From a virus, in IMG/VR virus record IMGVR_UViG_3300027747_003534, positions 64,001 to 128,000 of that record: a DNA stretch of 64,000 bases; one strand, given 5' to 3'. This document shows, in pieces, positions 49,757 through 60,500 of this stretch. The notes below the pieces were generated by a model. It searched no databases, was not told the DNA's origin, and was given only the letters and a program-made list of their open reading frames with translations. The position numbers and the translations under genes were made by a program. How positions within the stretch are numbered: the first letter of the stretch is position 1; each line of letters begins with the position of its first letter.

Positions 49757-50338
49757 TTATATATAGGATTCTGGTAAATAAACAGCCCACTCTGTAGGGA
49801 TGTCGCTTCTTATATTAAGGAGCTGGTTGGTGATCGGCAAGTATTTTGGACACTTATTGGGCGCCGTAGGCATATTTTTTAAAGGCATGTTAGCCTGTTT
49901 TGGAGTTCTATTACCTTTTCTCCTGTTACATACTACACATGCTGTTACTATATTTGTCCAACAAGTAGGAGATCCCATCTGTTGTGTCCAAACAGATTTG
50001 GGAATAACATGATCGTATGTTAATTCATTGATATGTTTTTTTATGCCACAATATTGACAGCTATAATTATCTCTTATAAAAAGATTTTTCCTACAAAAAT
50101 TTACTTTTTGATTGTTATTCCTAAAATATCTAGCGGTTTTAGCAACTGCTGGTATTGGAATTTTTTTATTATTGGTACCACAAATATAATCATCTTTATA
50201 AAAGTCTATAATTTCCATGCCAGTCTTTGGATTTTCAGCATACCTGAAAGACCATACCAAAGCTCTTTTCCAACTAATTATACCTAATGGACTATAATCA
50301 GCATTAAGTACAAGACATTTACTGTTTTGTTGTTTCAT
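49757..50338 (-). CDS. HNH endonuclease
   Basis: LVLNADY.PL, RDNYSCQYCG, LTYDHVIP and WTNIVTACVVCNRRKG. Confidence 0.9.
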   Translation of the reverse strand: MKQQNSKCLVLNADYSPLGIISWKRALVWSFRYAENPKTGMEIIDFYKDDYICGTNNKKIPIPAVAKTARYFRNNNQKVNFCRKNLFIRDNYSCQYCGIKKHINELTYDHVIPKSVWTQQMGSPTCWTNIVTACVVCNRRKGNRTPKQANMPLKNMPTAPNKCPKYLPITNQLLNIRSDIPTEWAVYLPESYI

Positions 50339-51053
50339 TTTCGTAGGCGTCTAAACGAACAAGAATTTTTGCTATGATTGGATTTCTTACAATATCTGAA
50401 AATTGAAGTCTGGCAACTGCTATGCCTTCTATAGTCTCTAACTGTTCTATCATCTCTAAAAATCCTCCTTGGAGATGTCTTTGTAGATCAGACTGACCAA
50501 TATCGCCTGTTAGAACCATTTTGCTATCTTTGCCTAGTCTTGTTATTAACATTTTAAGTTGTTCATAAGAAGCATTTTGACATTCATCAGCAACAATAAA
50601 ACAGTTGTTAAAATTTCTACCTCTCATTAATCCAAGTGGAACAATTTCTATTTTGTTATTTAGTTTAAGAGAAGTATATTGAGCTGTTGAGATAAAATGA
50701 TTTACTTCATCTAGTATGGGCAGTAAATATGGATGTATTTTTTCTTCTGCTGTTCCTGGTAAATATCCTATCTTTTCTCCACTCTCAACTATTGGTCTTG
50801 TGATAATAATTTTTTTAACTTTGTCATCTAGTAAATATTCTAAAGCTAAACCAATAGCACAGTGCGTTTTGCCGCTACCAGCTGCTCCTTGACAAAATGT
50901 TATATGATTTTCAGCTATGCTTCTAATGTATTCTTTTTGATTTTCACTTCTTGGCTTTAATCTATTCCTATAAGCCGCTCCTTGTTGCACAATCTCATTA
51001 GTAGCATCAACAACCCTAGGTCTTTTAGATGACCTTTTATTATTTTTTTTCAA
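50319..51053 (-). CDS. phoH: PhoH-like ATPase
   Basis: GAAGSGKT, ITRP.VE, GYLPG, MRGR, DECQN, TRLG, GD..QSD and VRNP. Confidence 0.95.
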   Translation of the reverse strand: MKKNNKRSSKRPRVVDATNEIVQQGAAYRNRLKPRSENQKEYIRSIAENHITFCQGAAGSGKTHCAIGLALEYLLDDKVKKIIITRPIVESGEKIGYLPGTAEEKIHPYLLPILDEVNHFISTAQYTSLKLNNKIEIVPLGLMRGRNFNNCFIVADECQNASYEQLKMLITRLGKDSKMVLTGDIGQSDLQRHLQGGFLEMIEQLETIEGIAVARLQFSDIVRNPIIAKILVRLDAYENETTKQ

Positions 51054-51094
51054 GAGTGAGCCCTTATTAATAGATGTAAAATAACTCTTGTTCC

Positions 51095-51106
51095 TTATAA
51101 TACACC
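51095..51106 (-). promoter_or_regulatory. Candidate phage promoter motif GGTGTATTATAA upstream of phoH
   Basis: A GGTGT(A/T) core recurs in intergenic gaps at 54235-54240 and 57510-57515 in the same orientation. Confidence 0.35.
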
Positions 51107-51127
51107 ATATAAAAATAAATGATAATC

Positions 51128-51553
51128 TTAACTCACTCCGGTAGAACCAAAACCACCATTACCTCTTTCCGTATCTGTTAAGTTGTCATTTTCTGAAAAA
51201 GACATATTATAATGTGCTTCAATAATTAATTGAGCTATTCTGTCTCCTTGATTAACTACAAAATCATTGTGTTTGTCTGTATTAAAAAGAATAACCCCAA
51301 TCTCTCCTCTATAAGAGCTGTCTATAACTCCAGCTAAGACATCAATACCATTTTTAAAAGCTAGTCCGGATCGTGGCGCAATTCTACCATAATAATTTTT
51401 TGGAATTTCGATACTAATTCCTGTTTTTATTAAAGCCCTTGATAGTGGAGCTATAACAACAGATTCAATGGAGCATAAGTCCGCACCAGCATCAGTTTCA
51501 TTAGCTCTAAAGGGTATCTTGGCTGCTTCATTTAGTTTTTTAATTTTAATCAC
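51128..51553 (-). CDS. dut: Trimeric dUTPase
   Basis: AGADL, IAPRSGLA, GVIDSSYRGE, GDRIAQ and RGNGGFGSTG. Confidence 0.97.
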   Translation of the reverse strand: MIKIKKLNEAAKIPFRANETDAGADLCSIESVVIAPLSRALIKTGISIEIPKNYYGRIAPRSGLAFKNGIDVLAGVIDSSYRGEIGVILFNTDKHNDFVVNQGDRIAQLIIEAHYNMSFSENDNLTDTERGNGGFGSTGVS

Positions 51554-53203
51554 TTATGCCTCACATGATGAACAGGTTAAAATGCTTCTTGTTAATTCTT
51601 GAGCAGGATTGGATGATCTTTGATAGTAAAAAGTTTTGATACCATTTTCCCAGCCATAAATCAATAGCTCGCTCACTTCTTTAGCTGGACAATTAGGTGG
51701 AATCATTAAGTTAAGAGATATGGACTGATCTATATATTTTTGTCTTTGTATATTTTGTATCACTATTTCTTTTTGACTAATCTCACCAAAGGTTTTAAAA
51801 ATATCTTTTTCTTCTTGAGATAAGAAATCCAAATGTTGTACAGATCCTCCTCTTACTAGGATTGTCTTCCATATTTCATCATTATCTTGATCTTTATCTT
51901 TGAGGAGTTTTTTCAAATATGGATTTTTATAAGTGAAACTACCTTTAGCTAATTTTTTAACAAAGTAGTTTGAGTTTAAAGGCTCTATTGATGGACTTAC
52001 TTGTCCCAAAATAAAAGAGCTAGATGTAGTTGGAGCCACAGATAGAGTGGTAACGTTTCTTCGACCATATCCTTTTAATAATTCTGGCTCTCCAAATTTT
52101 TCAGCTAATTCAAAAGAAGCTTTGTCTGCTTTGTCTCTTATTATTTTCCATATTGACGCATTTAAACTTTTAGCTTTCATAGATTCAAAAGATATCATCT
52201 TATATTGAAGTAGAGAATGCCAGCCAAGAGCACCCATACCTAAAGCTCTTTGTGTCCTAGCAAAATTATGTGCAGTTGCCATAAATGGAATATCTTTAGT
52301 CTTTTGTATGAATTCTTCATTTACTGCATCTAGAAAATAAACTAATGTCTCTACTGCATCAGTTTTTTCTATTTCATCCCAATGTAATAAATTTAAAGAA
52401 GATAGCACACAAACAAATGAATTATTTTCATCAGAAGCTAATTCGATTTCTGAACATAGATTAGAGCTTTTAATAATGAGATTTTTATCTTTATATACTT
52501 GTGGAGCTTCCTTATTTACTGTGTCTGTAAACATAATATAAGGATAGCCTGTTTCAAATCTTTTTTGTATGATCTTGGCCCATATTTGTCTTTTTTCTTT
52601 ATCTCCAGCAAGCATCTTTTTCATCCAATCATCACCAATGGTGACTCCAATACTCATATTTTGAATACTGTGTCCCTCTGAGCGAATCTGTAAAAATTCT
52701 TCTATGTCCGAATGTTCCACTGGCAGATATGCTGCAAAAGATCCTCTTCTAGCTGATCCCTGACTTACAACTTCTGCTACTTTATCGAATAGTTCCATAA
52801 AATGAACAGGCCCACTAGATTCTCCACCAACACTTATAGAAGATCCTCTAGCTCTAAGATCACCAAAAAATCCACTTGTTCCTCCTCCAAGCTTACTCAT
52901 CATTCCTACTTCTGCAACTTTTTGTAGGATAGATTGCATTGTGTCAGAGATATAGGAATTAAAACATGATACTGGAAGACCACGAGCATTTCCAAAATTA
53001 GTCCACACAGGGGTTGCTAATGAGAAGAAGCCTCTACTCATATAGTCTTCAAATTTATCTGCAAATCCTTCAATCTTCAATATTCTTTCAGCATTCTCTG
53101 CTATGTCTCTGATTCTTTTTTCTGGAGTGCCACCTTGTTCAATATAGCCTCTCTCTAGAAAAATACGACTATGCGAATTGAGCCAATAGTACTTCTTATG
53201 CAT
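51554..53203 (-). CDS. nrdA: Class I ribonucleotide reductase alpha subunit (no ATP cone)
   Basis: ATP, SCF, GGG, QGSARRG, SNLCSEI, APTTSSS, IKTFYY and C-terminal CSSCEA. Confidence 0.95.
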   Translation of the reverse strand: MHKKYYWLNSHSRIFLERGYIEQGGTPEKRIRDIAENAERILKIEGFADKFEDYMSRGFFSLATPVWTNFGNARGLPVSCFNSYISDTMQSILQKVAEVGMMSKLGGGTSGFFGDLRARGSSISVGGESSGPVHFMELFDKVAEVVSQGSARRGSFAAYLPVEHSDIEEFLQIRSEGHSIQNMSIGVTIGDDWMKKMLAGDKEKRQIWAKIIQKRFETGYPYIMFTDTVNKEAPQVYKDKNLIIKSSNLCSEIELASDENNSFVCVLSSLNLLHWDEIEKTDAVETLVYFLDAVNEEFIQKTKDIPFMATAHNFARTQRALGMGALGWHSLLQYKMISFESMKAKSLNASIWKIIRDKADKASFELAEKFGEPELLKGYGRRNVTTLSVAPTTSSSFILGQVSPSIEPLNSNYFVKKLAKGSFTYKNPYLKKLLKDKDQDNDEIWKTILVRGGSVQHLDFLSQEEKDIFKTFGEISQKEIVIQNIQRQKYIDQSISLNLMIPPNCPAKEVSELLIYGWENGIKTFYYQRSSNPAQELTRSILTCSSCEA

Positions 53204-53222
53204 TATCTAAATTCCGTTCTAA

Positions 53223-54193
53223 TTAAAAAAGATCCGTAACATCAAAACTTTGGGCCGATTTTGCATATTCTACTGGTCTACTATGAAAAAAGTCAGTCAT
53301 ATTATTCCTAGAATTTGCTCATCAAACCATGTTGTTTGAGCAATAACCTCCTGGTCGGTTTCAAAAATGCTATCATACCCTATTTGTTTAAGTGAATCAT
53401 TCATTCTGTTTTTTATAAATTCTTTCAAAAGGTCAGAATTTAACTTTTCGTGGTCATAGCCATTAACTATCCATTCAATGATCTGGCATTCGTATTTTAC
53501 GGCATCTCTTGCTTCGTGTAAGACCTTATTTTTTAATTCATTGTCAAACAGCTCAGGGTGCTCTTGTTTAATTGTATTAATGATTTTAACACCAATAATA
53601 GCATGAAGATTTTCTTCTCTAGAAGTATATTCAACCTGTTTATTGGTATCTTTTAATAAATTTTTATACCGGCCAAAAAAACCGATAGTATAAAACTGAG
53701 AAAATAGAGCAATATTTTCAACAAATAAAGTAAATAGAATCAAAGAATAAATGAACTGTCTTTTGTTGTCATTGTGAAACTTATGAAGATGTTTTCTCAG
53801 ATAATTGACACGACCTTTAATAATGTCCAATTTTAGAATTTCATCAAAACTATCTTGAATGCCTAAGACTTCCAATAATCTTTCATATGCATCACCATGA
53901 ATAACTTCTGTATTAGCCATCACATAGCCCATATCGTTTAATGATGGGTGTGGGAGATTGTCTCCTAGTTTTGCCCAGAATTTTTTGACACTGATTTCTA
54001 ACTGGCCTATGGTGGATAACGCTCTTGTGATAATTTCTTGTTCTTGTATAGAAAGATTAACTCTAAAGTCCTGGATGTCGCTTTGAAAATTAAATTCCTT
54101 ATCGGTCCAAAATCCAGTATGCATTGCTTCTATAAATTCTTGTGTCCATGGATAATTATCTGGTTTTCTTGTAATTTGTTCTTCAAAAATCAT
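53223..54193 (-). CDS. nrdB: Class I ribonucleotide reductase beta subunit, frameshifted near the C-terminus
   Basis: Di-metal ligands E, EVIH..Y, E and EENLH are intact. The main ORF stops at 53297, but the conserved tail NNMTDFFHSRPVEY..SFDVTDLF continues in the -1 frame to TAA at 53223. Confidence 0.9.
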
Positions 54194-54354
54194 ATGGCAC
54201 CTTTATTAGTCGGATTATTGGAATACGTTCCATATACACCACGACTGTATCGTATACTAGAGCCTCGGGAGTCTCAGGAAAGAGAAATTTTTTTACGCTA
54301 TCATTTTGCCGAAATTGCCAGATTCTACTAAAAACACAAGGATATTATGCATAT

Positions 54355-54546
54355 TTATAGATTACGCATGTCTACGTCATAGTAATGCTCATTACTCAGT
54401 AGTCCTAGTTTCGTCATCAATGAGTTTTCCAATATACGTATGAGCAAAATATCTGTCGTGGCATTATTGAAATTCGACTCTATTATTTTAGAATTTCTTT
54501 TAGGATTACAAAAAATATAAATGACATTATGATTAGTATAGTTCAT
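54355..54546 (-). CDS. Small hypothetical protein
   Basis: 63 aa ORF overlapping the upstream stop; no motif. Confidence 0.35.
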   Translation of the reverse strand: MNYTNHNVIYIFCNPKRNSKIIESNFNNATTDILLIRILENSLMTKLGLLSNEHYYDVDMRNL

Positions 54547-56338
54547 AAAATTGATCCAATGAGATAATATTTAATATTTCTTCTCTATTGTTGTCAAAAT
54601 ATTGCCAATTATTTTTAATGTCTTCGAACTTTAAACTATCATATATTTTCTGAGATCCTGGATGTACTATGCCTATGCCCCAATCGGTATCAATAACACT
54701 AACTTTGAGGTCTGATCTTGTACATCTTAGTTTGGCTATTGATTTCCAAACGTCACCATTCCATAATCCTGTTACACGAGGTATTGCTTGTAATTCATAT
54801 GTTGGAGGATTACAATCATGAAGAACAATAATTCCATTCTTATTAAGATGTTTAAGTGAGTTTATTATATCTTTATCAACCTGTATGGAATTATGTAATC
54901 CATCTATAAAAATAATGTCATATTTTTGATGTTCATCTATAGACAAAAAGAAATCATCAGAAGACATACAATAATTTACTTCTGGAACAACCATTCCTCC
55001 AACTTCAGATCCTGGAGATGGGTCTACACCATCTTTGTTAGCAATATCAATTTGACGAATACATAGTCCATCATTAACTCCAATTTCTAAATATGTATCA
55101 TATTGATTTTTTTTAATCAAATAATTTATTATATCCCATCTCTGTTTACTAGTTCTATTGAGATAATTATCAATAGTATATTTTTTGTCTCCAATTTTAT
55201 ATTTTTCTATTCTATCAAAATTGTTTAGTTTAATCATTAAATTATTTAGTTTATGTAATCCAATTTTATTAATTTGATGAATAATTTTTTGTATATTATT
55301 TATATTTTCTATATCTGTTGAATCAATTTTATGAAAGTCTATTATAACTATATTGGTGAGTGGATATTGTTGTAAAAAATTTATATCAGAATGAAACTTA
55401 TTTTTAAGTATTATTTTTGTATTTTGTTGTTCTTTATTGATATATTCATTAATTAGTTCTTTAGCATATGGGTCTTCAATAAAAATATTTTGTGCAAATG
55501 GTTCTAGGAATGAAACGGATTCGAGCGAGCAATTTTTAGCAACTATCGAAACATAGTATAAGCAATCTTCTGTGATAGAACCCCACTTCCTTATATAGTT
55601 TCTAATGCTATTATTTTCTATATTTTTGGTGCTATCTTTATATTCTTCAGAAAATCTAGAAGTTTTAGATATAAAATGATAACACAGAGAATCCAGGCAA
55701 GTAAAACAATCAATATTTTCCAGCATCTTTAATCTTTTAATAAAGTCATCATCTTCCCTAAAAAATGGAAAGAATAAATTATCAAATCCGTTTATTCTTA
55801 AAAAGATACTTTTTTTCAAGGCCATAAAGAAAAAAATACCTTGCTCTGTTTTATCTTTATTGTTTTCTATAGTAGATTTTGCAAAGTGTTCGAATTTTAT
55901 TCTATTAAAAGTTACTAGACTATCTCCACAATCGCAAATAATTTTTCCTGGTCTTTCATGACACCCAAAAAGAGGATGCTCAATAGTAGTATATGATACA
56001 ACATTATTTGGCGCCAAATGTTTTGATAAATTTTCTAAAAAATGAGTATACAAAATAATATCATTGTGTAAAAAAACTATATATTCTTTGGTAGCTATTT
56101 CAACAGCTTTATTATATGTATCAGAAAAAGACTTTGTTTTATCATTTCTATAGAATATTTTAACATTAAGATCTGTGAGCAAAATGTTTTCTAGCCACTC
56201 ATTTGTTCCGTCTGTTGAGTCATAACTAACAAAACATATTTCCGTGTCAGGATAAAGTTGTCTCGTTGTTGTGTAGAATAACTTTGTATAATCAAGATTA
56301 TTTTTTAAACCAACCAGTAATGAAATATTATCGATCAT
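54533..56338 (-). CDS. GT2 glycosyltransferase fused to a class I SAM methyltransferase (Methyltransf_24-like)
   Basis: N-terminal STDGT, FLHNDII, GFD and EDDDF; C-terminal YLEIGV, GVDP, DIIFIDGLH and IVLHD. Confidence 0.85.
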   Translation of the reverse strand: MIDNISLLVGLKNNLDYTKLFYTTTRQLYPDTEICFVSYDSTDGTNEWLENILLTDLNVKIFYRNDKTKSFSDTYNKAVEIATKEYIVFLHNDIILYTHFLENLSKHLAPNNVVSYTTIEHPLFGCHERPGKIICDCGDSLVTFNRIKFEHFAKSTIENNKDKTEQGIFFFMALKKSIFLRINGFDNLFFPFFREDDDFIKRLKMLENIDCFTCLDSLCYHFISKTSRFSEEYKDSTKNIENNSIRNYIRKWGSITEDCLYYVSIVAKNCSLESVSFLEPFAQNIFIEDPYAKELINEYINKEQQNTKIILKNKFHSDINFLQQYPLTNIVIIDFHKIDSTDIENINNIQKIIHQINKIGLHKLNNLMIKLNNFDRIEKYKIGDKKYTIDNYLNRTSKQRWDIINYLIKKNQYDTYLEIGVNDGLCIRQIDIANKDGVDPSPGSEVGGMVVPEVNYCMSSDDFFLSIDEHQKYDIIFIDGLHNSIQVDKDIINSLKHLNKNGIIVLHDCNPPTYELQAIPRVTGLWNGDVWKSIAKLRCTRSDLKVSVIDTDWGIGIVHPGSQKIYDSLKFEDIKNNWQYFDNNREEILNIISLDQFYELY

Positions 56339-56342
56339 TAAA

Positions 56343-56990
56343 TTAATCTCTGGAGATATTTATTTGGTCATACAAGGCATTTTGCATTCTTTGTTTGTCT
56401 ATATGTTTTTTATGCATAATCGCTATTTTGCTATCAGGTTCTATAATGCCGTAATTTTTAAAACCCTCTAGTCTCTCGTGTACTTTGCTGGTCCATTTAA
56501 TAGATCCATTATTTTTATAGATTCTTGGTTGATAATCTGGCCAATTTATCCAGCCATTTTCATCAATGGTCCATTTCCATTTTTGAATATCTTCTTCGGT
56601 AAGTCCATCAACAATATTTATTCGGGGCAGATATAATAAATCAATATCTTCTGTTGTTAATAAATTTCTTAGTTCTTTTAGCATCTCAGGTTTCATGGTT
56701 TCATCAGCATCAAAATTAAAAATATATTTTTGATCAGAAGAAACTTTGCTTGTCATGTAGTTTTTAAGGTTGGCAAAATTATTTTGAAAATGAAAATTAT
56801 AATAATCTGATGAATGCTGTCTACAGATTGCTTGTATTTGTTCATAATTATTTGATAATTTTTCAAATTCGTCTCTATAAGTATGAATAATAACTATTTC
56901 GTCATCAGGTTCCTTAACAGATTCTAGTATGCTTAGTAATCTAGATATTTCTTCTAATTCGTTATATACAGTAATGCAGTATGCTATCAT
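56343..56990 (-). CDS. GT2 glycosyltransferase
   Basis: CITVYNE, FANLKN, FNFDADE, PDYQPRIY and VHERL. Confidence 0.88.
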   Translation of the reverse strand: MIAYCITVYNELEEISRLLSILESVKEPDDEIVIIHTYRDEFEKLSNNYEQIQAICRQHSSDYYNFHFQNNFANLKNYMTSKVSSDQKYIFNFDADETMKPEMLKELRNLLTTEDIDLLYLPRINIVDGLTEEDIQKWKWTIDENGWINWPDYQPRIYKNNGSIKWTSKVHERLEGFKNYGIIEPDSKIAIMHKKHIDKQRMQNALYDQINISRD

Positions 56991-57466
56991 ATAATACTAA
57001 ACCTTTGTAGCCATAGGTTATCCATTGGAATTTTTTTAACATTAGTTTTTGACATTGAAATTAAAATTTCTCTCATTTTTCCTGTTTCTTCATTTTCGGT
57101 GATAGAACCCATTCTATCTGCTATGATAATTTCATTGACTCCAAAATTTATAATACGCTGAAGACAGTTATTGCAAGGAATGCCCGTTATATAAATCCTA
57201 CACCCGTCACCTCTTTCAGATGGATTTTGGGTAGTATTCAGTATACAATTTTCTTCTGCATGTATCATCCATTTTCTTTTTTCGTCTCTGATATGCAAAG
57301 GAATAAAGTCATTGACGGATCCTTTGATTGGACCATTGTATCCTGTGCCGATAATCTGATTATACCTATTAACTAGCACTGCTCCGTGCTTAATATCTGG
57401 ATCTTCTGACCGTATTGATACGGTAAAAGCCAGAGTCAAGAAGTATTCGTCCCAAGATGGTCTCAT
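56987..57466 (-). CDS. dCMP deaminase
   Basis: RPSWDEYF, GAVLV, TGYNG, HAEENC and PCNNC. Confidence 0.93.
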   Translation of the reverse strand: MRPSWDEYFLTLAFTVSIRSEDPDIKHGAVLVNRYNQIIGTGYNGPIKGSVNDFIPLHIRDEKRKWMIHAEENCILNTTQNPSERGDGCRIYITGIPCNNCLQRIINFGVNEIIIADRMGSITENEETGKMREILISMSKTNVKKIPMDNLWLQRFSII

Positions 57467-57471
57467 GAGCT

Positions 57472-57499
57472 ATGATAGGAAATCGAGTTAGAATGTCAA
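57472..57499 (-). promoter_or_regulatory. Sigma70-like promoter, probably leaderless, for dCMP deaminase
   Basis: TTGACA-N16-TATCAT, then only 5 nt (AGCTC) before the ATG; no RBS. Confidence 0.6.
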
Positions 57500-57527
57500 G
57501 ATTTGTATTAACACCTGACTACAATTA

Positions 57528-60500
57528 TCAAGCAGTCGGTATTCCTGACTGAAGGCTTTCTAATTTTGAATTAAAATAACTGATATCTACAGTGGCTCGA
57601 CGATCTGCTTCAAATTTATTGGGAGAAACCCATCGCCAGTAACCGTCATCAAAAAAATAATAATCATTATTAATATTAAAATATCTTGATACAGTTACGG
57701 GTCGTGTAGGATAATATGTCTCTTCCCATTCCCGTTCATTTAGAGTACATTCAGTTGAGTAGTCAATACCAACCAAAGATCCTGTACCTAATACATATCC
57801 ACAATTATAACCCATATTATTATATACATTTCCACCGATAAGACCATAATTTTGACCACCAGATTCCAGTATTACATTTTTTGATACATATCCATTGCCG
57901 ACATTACGAAGATTATCATTACTCATTATAGAATCAATTGAGGCTTGATTGTTGATGTCTAAATAATTACTCAAACTTACATCATCCATACCATTATAAG
58001 ACGCATTTGTAAAAGTAGCATCTCCTTGTATATAACCCTGATTATATGAATTATTGAAATATCCAGATCCAATAACTAATCCATAATTGTAGGATTGGCT
58101 TTTAAAAATAGCTTGCTTGCCTACTACTCCAGCTAAATTTTTTGATCCATCAGAAAACATAGCTCCTCCTTTGATATCTCCAAAGTTCAAACTATTATTA
58201 TAAAATAATCCGCTATTTGTTAAATTTCCACTATTAATACTATTATCATATAAATATGTTATTCCATTAATAATTCCAGAAATATTTTTAGAGTTGTATA
58301 GATATGAATTATTTATTACTTTTCCATAGTTTATACTATTTGATAGAAAACTACCAGAACCTCTTATAGTTCCATAGTTAATTCCAGAAACAAAATATCC
58401 GTTGCCTCCAATTGTTCCATAATTTATGGAATCATTAAATTGACTATTTTTCATCACAAATCCAGAATTTATACAATGATTAAATATCGCGCTTCCTGCT
58501 ATATTTCCAACATTAATAGCATAATCAAATACTGCTTTAATTTTATGATCTTCTCCATTTAGGGTCATTCCATTACTTAATAATATTTGGCCATAATTAA
58601 TAGAAGCATTGTAAAAATATAAAGTATTAGTATTTGGTATAGTATAACATGGCGTAAAATTTGAATAAATATTAGTATCAGGCAAACTATAACTATTAAT
58701 ATTACCATAATTTATAGAACTATTTAAAAATTCACCAAATGATATATTTCCAGAATTAATTGCGCCGTTTGAAAAAATAATTTTACCTTTTGGTATATTA
58801 GCACAATTAATACTATTTTCCGAAAAGTAAGCAATTGTAGCATGATTTGGGATTATATTATATGAAAATAACTGTCCAAAGTTTTTAGAATTATCATTAA
58901 AAATATAATCACGATAGCCTCTTAAGTTGCCTCTATTTATAGAATAGTCTTTGAATTCTATTTTATAATTGAAAATACAATATGGAGAAAAATGATCTGT
59001 ATTACAAAAAAAGTCTGATAAGAATTGCTCATTAGATCCAACAAAAACAGGATATTGTCCACTATATATTGCTACTGTAAATGTTTTATCATCAAATTTT
59101 AAATTGTTATTAATATTTATATTACCTATATTTGAACTATGATCATAAAAAGTTATATGATATGGACTAAATAGTGAGTTGTTCGTAGATAAGTCATAGA
59201 AATTTCCATCTATAATTTTTCCTTTATTAATGCTTTCATTATAAAATAATCCATACTGAACAAAGCCTTTTGTATCATTCGATGAATACCCATAAAAGCG
59301 CCCACTTTCAACAAACCCGTTGTTTTTAGATGAATCATCAAAAAAACCTTTCGACACAAATCCTTTGTCATTAACTGATTCATTGCGTAAAAAAGCTGAA
59401 AAAATTCTTCCATTATTAATAGTTTTATTATTTAAATAACCTGATCCTATATATCCATTATTTTTAGCATTATCTAATAAATGTGCAATATTAACTCTTC
59501 CATTATTAATACTATTTTCTGTAAACATAGCACCATTATTTATTTCTCCTGTATTTGAAGAATTTCCACTAAAAAGTATTCTTGTTGAAGAGATTCCAGC
59601 ATTAATTGAATTGTCATAAAATGTTAAATAGTTGCCATTTCCAAAATGGCCATTGAGTGAATTATTATAGAATAACCCAGTAGTACATGATGCTTGGTTA
59701 TTTGAATTATTATAAAACAATGCATCAAAGACCATCCCTACTCCGGAATTCTTTGAATTATTGTTAAAGACACCATGTCTTACTGTGCTATAATTTGCAG
59801 AATTATCATTAAAAATACCAGATCTACAGCTACTACTTATTAAATAAGAATCATTATAAAAATTACCAATATTTATTATCGTACTACCATCAGCAAAACT
59901 TGAATCATAAAAAACAACATCCCAGACTACTGCTGCTATATGGCTATTATTTTTAACTGTAACTAAACCAGGGGAAGATAATTCTCCTCTAATATAACTT
60001 TTATCTAATAATATAGACTTATAAGCATAAATGTATGAGCTTCCTGAAGAACCTTTAAGAACAACATTTCCACTATTAGAAATAATAGAACTGCTGTCAA
60101 CATAAACATAAGAATTATTTAGGGTTATTGTATTCTCAACATTAATAGTTCCTTTATTTTCAGCACCATCCAAAGAACATGATGATCCTAATACTATACC
60201 ACCTTTATCATTGAATGTTCCAGAATTAAAAATAGCATTATATGCTACTCCATTATTGTAGCTTCCGGAAGTAAAAAATATAGCTTGTTCATAAACTTTG
60301 CCTTCATTGTAACATCCTGAGCCTTTAAATATTGCATAGCCAACATTTCCTAAATTAATACTATCATTATAAAATGTAGCTTTGCCTACATTTCCATAGT
60401 TAGTACCATTTCCATAAAATTCAGCCTCCTCAATAGTTCCATAATTATCTCCTCCATTATCAAAAATTGCTTTTTTTACTGTTCCATAATTTATTGCTGC

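Noticed and set aside
49757-50338. HNH gene as an intron-encoded homing endonuclease
   Set aside because: Flanking genes (phoH, FmdB-like) are intact and no interrupted host gene surrounds it.
54194-54354. NrdR box, riboswitch or tRNA in the nrdB upstream gap
   Set aside because: No convincing match to the NrdR palindrome and no cloverleaf or recognisable structured RNA by eye; an Infernal/Rfam scan would be needed.
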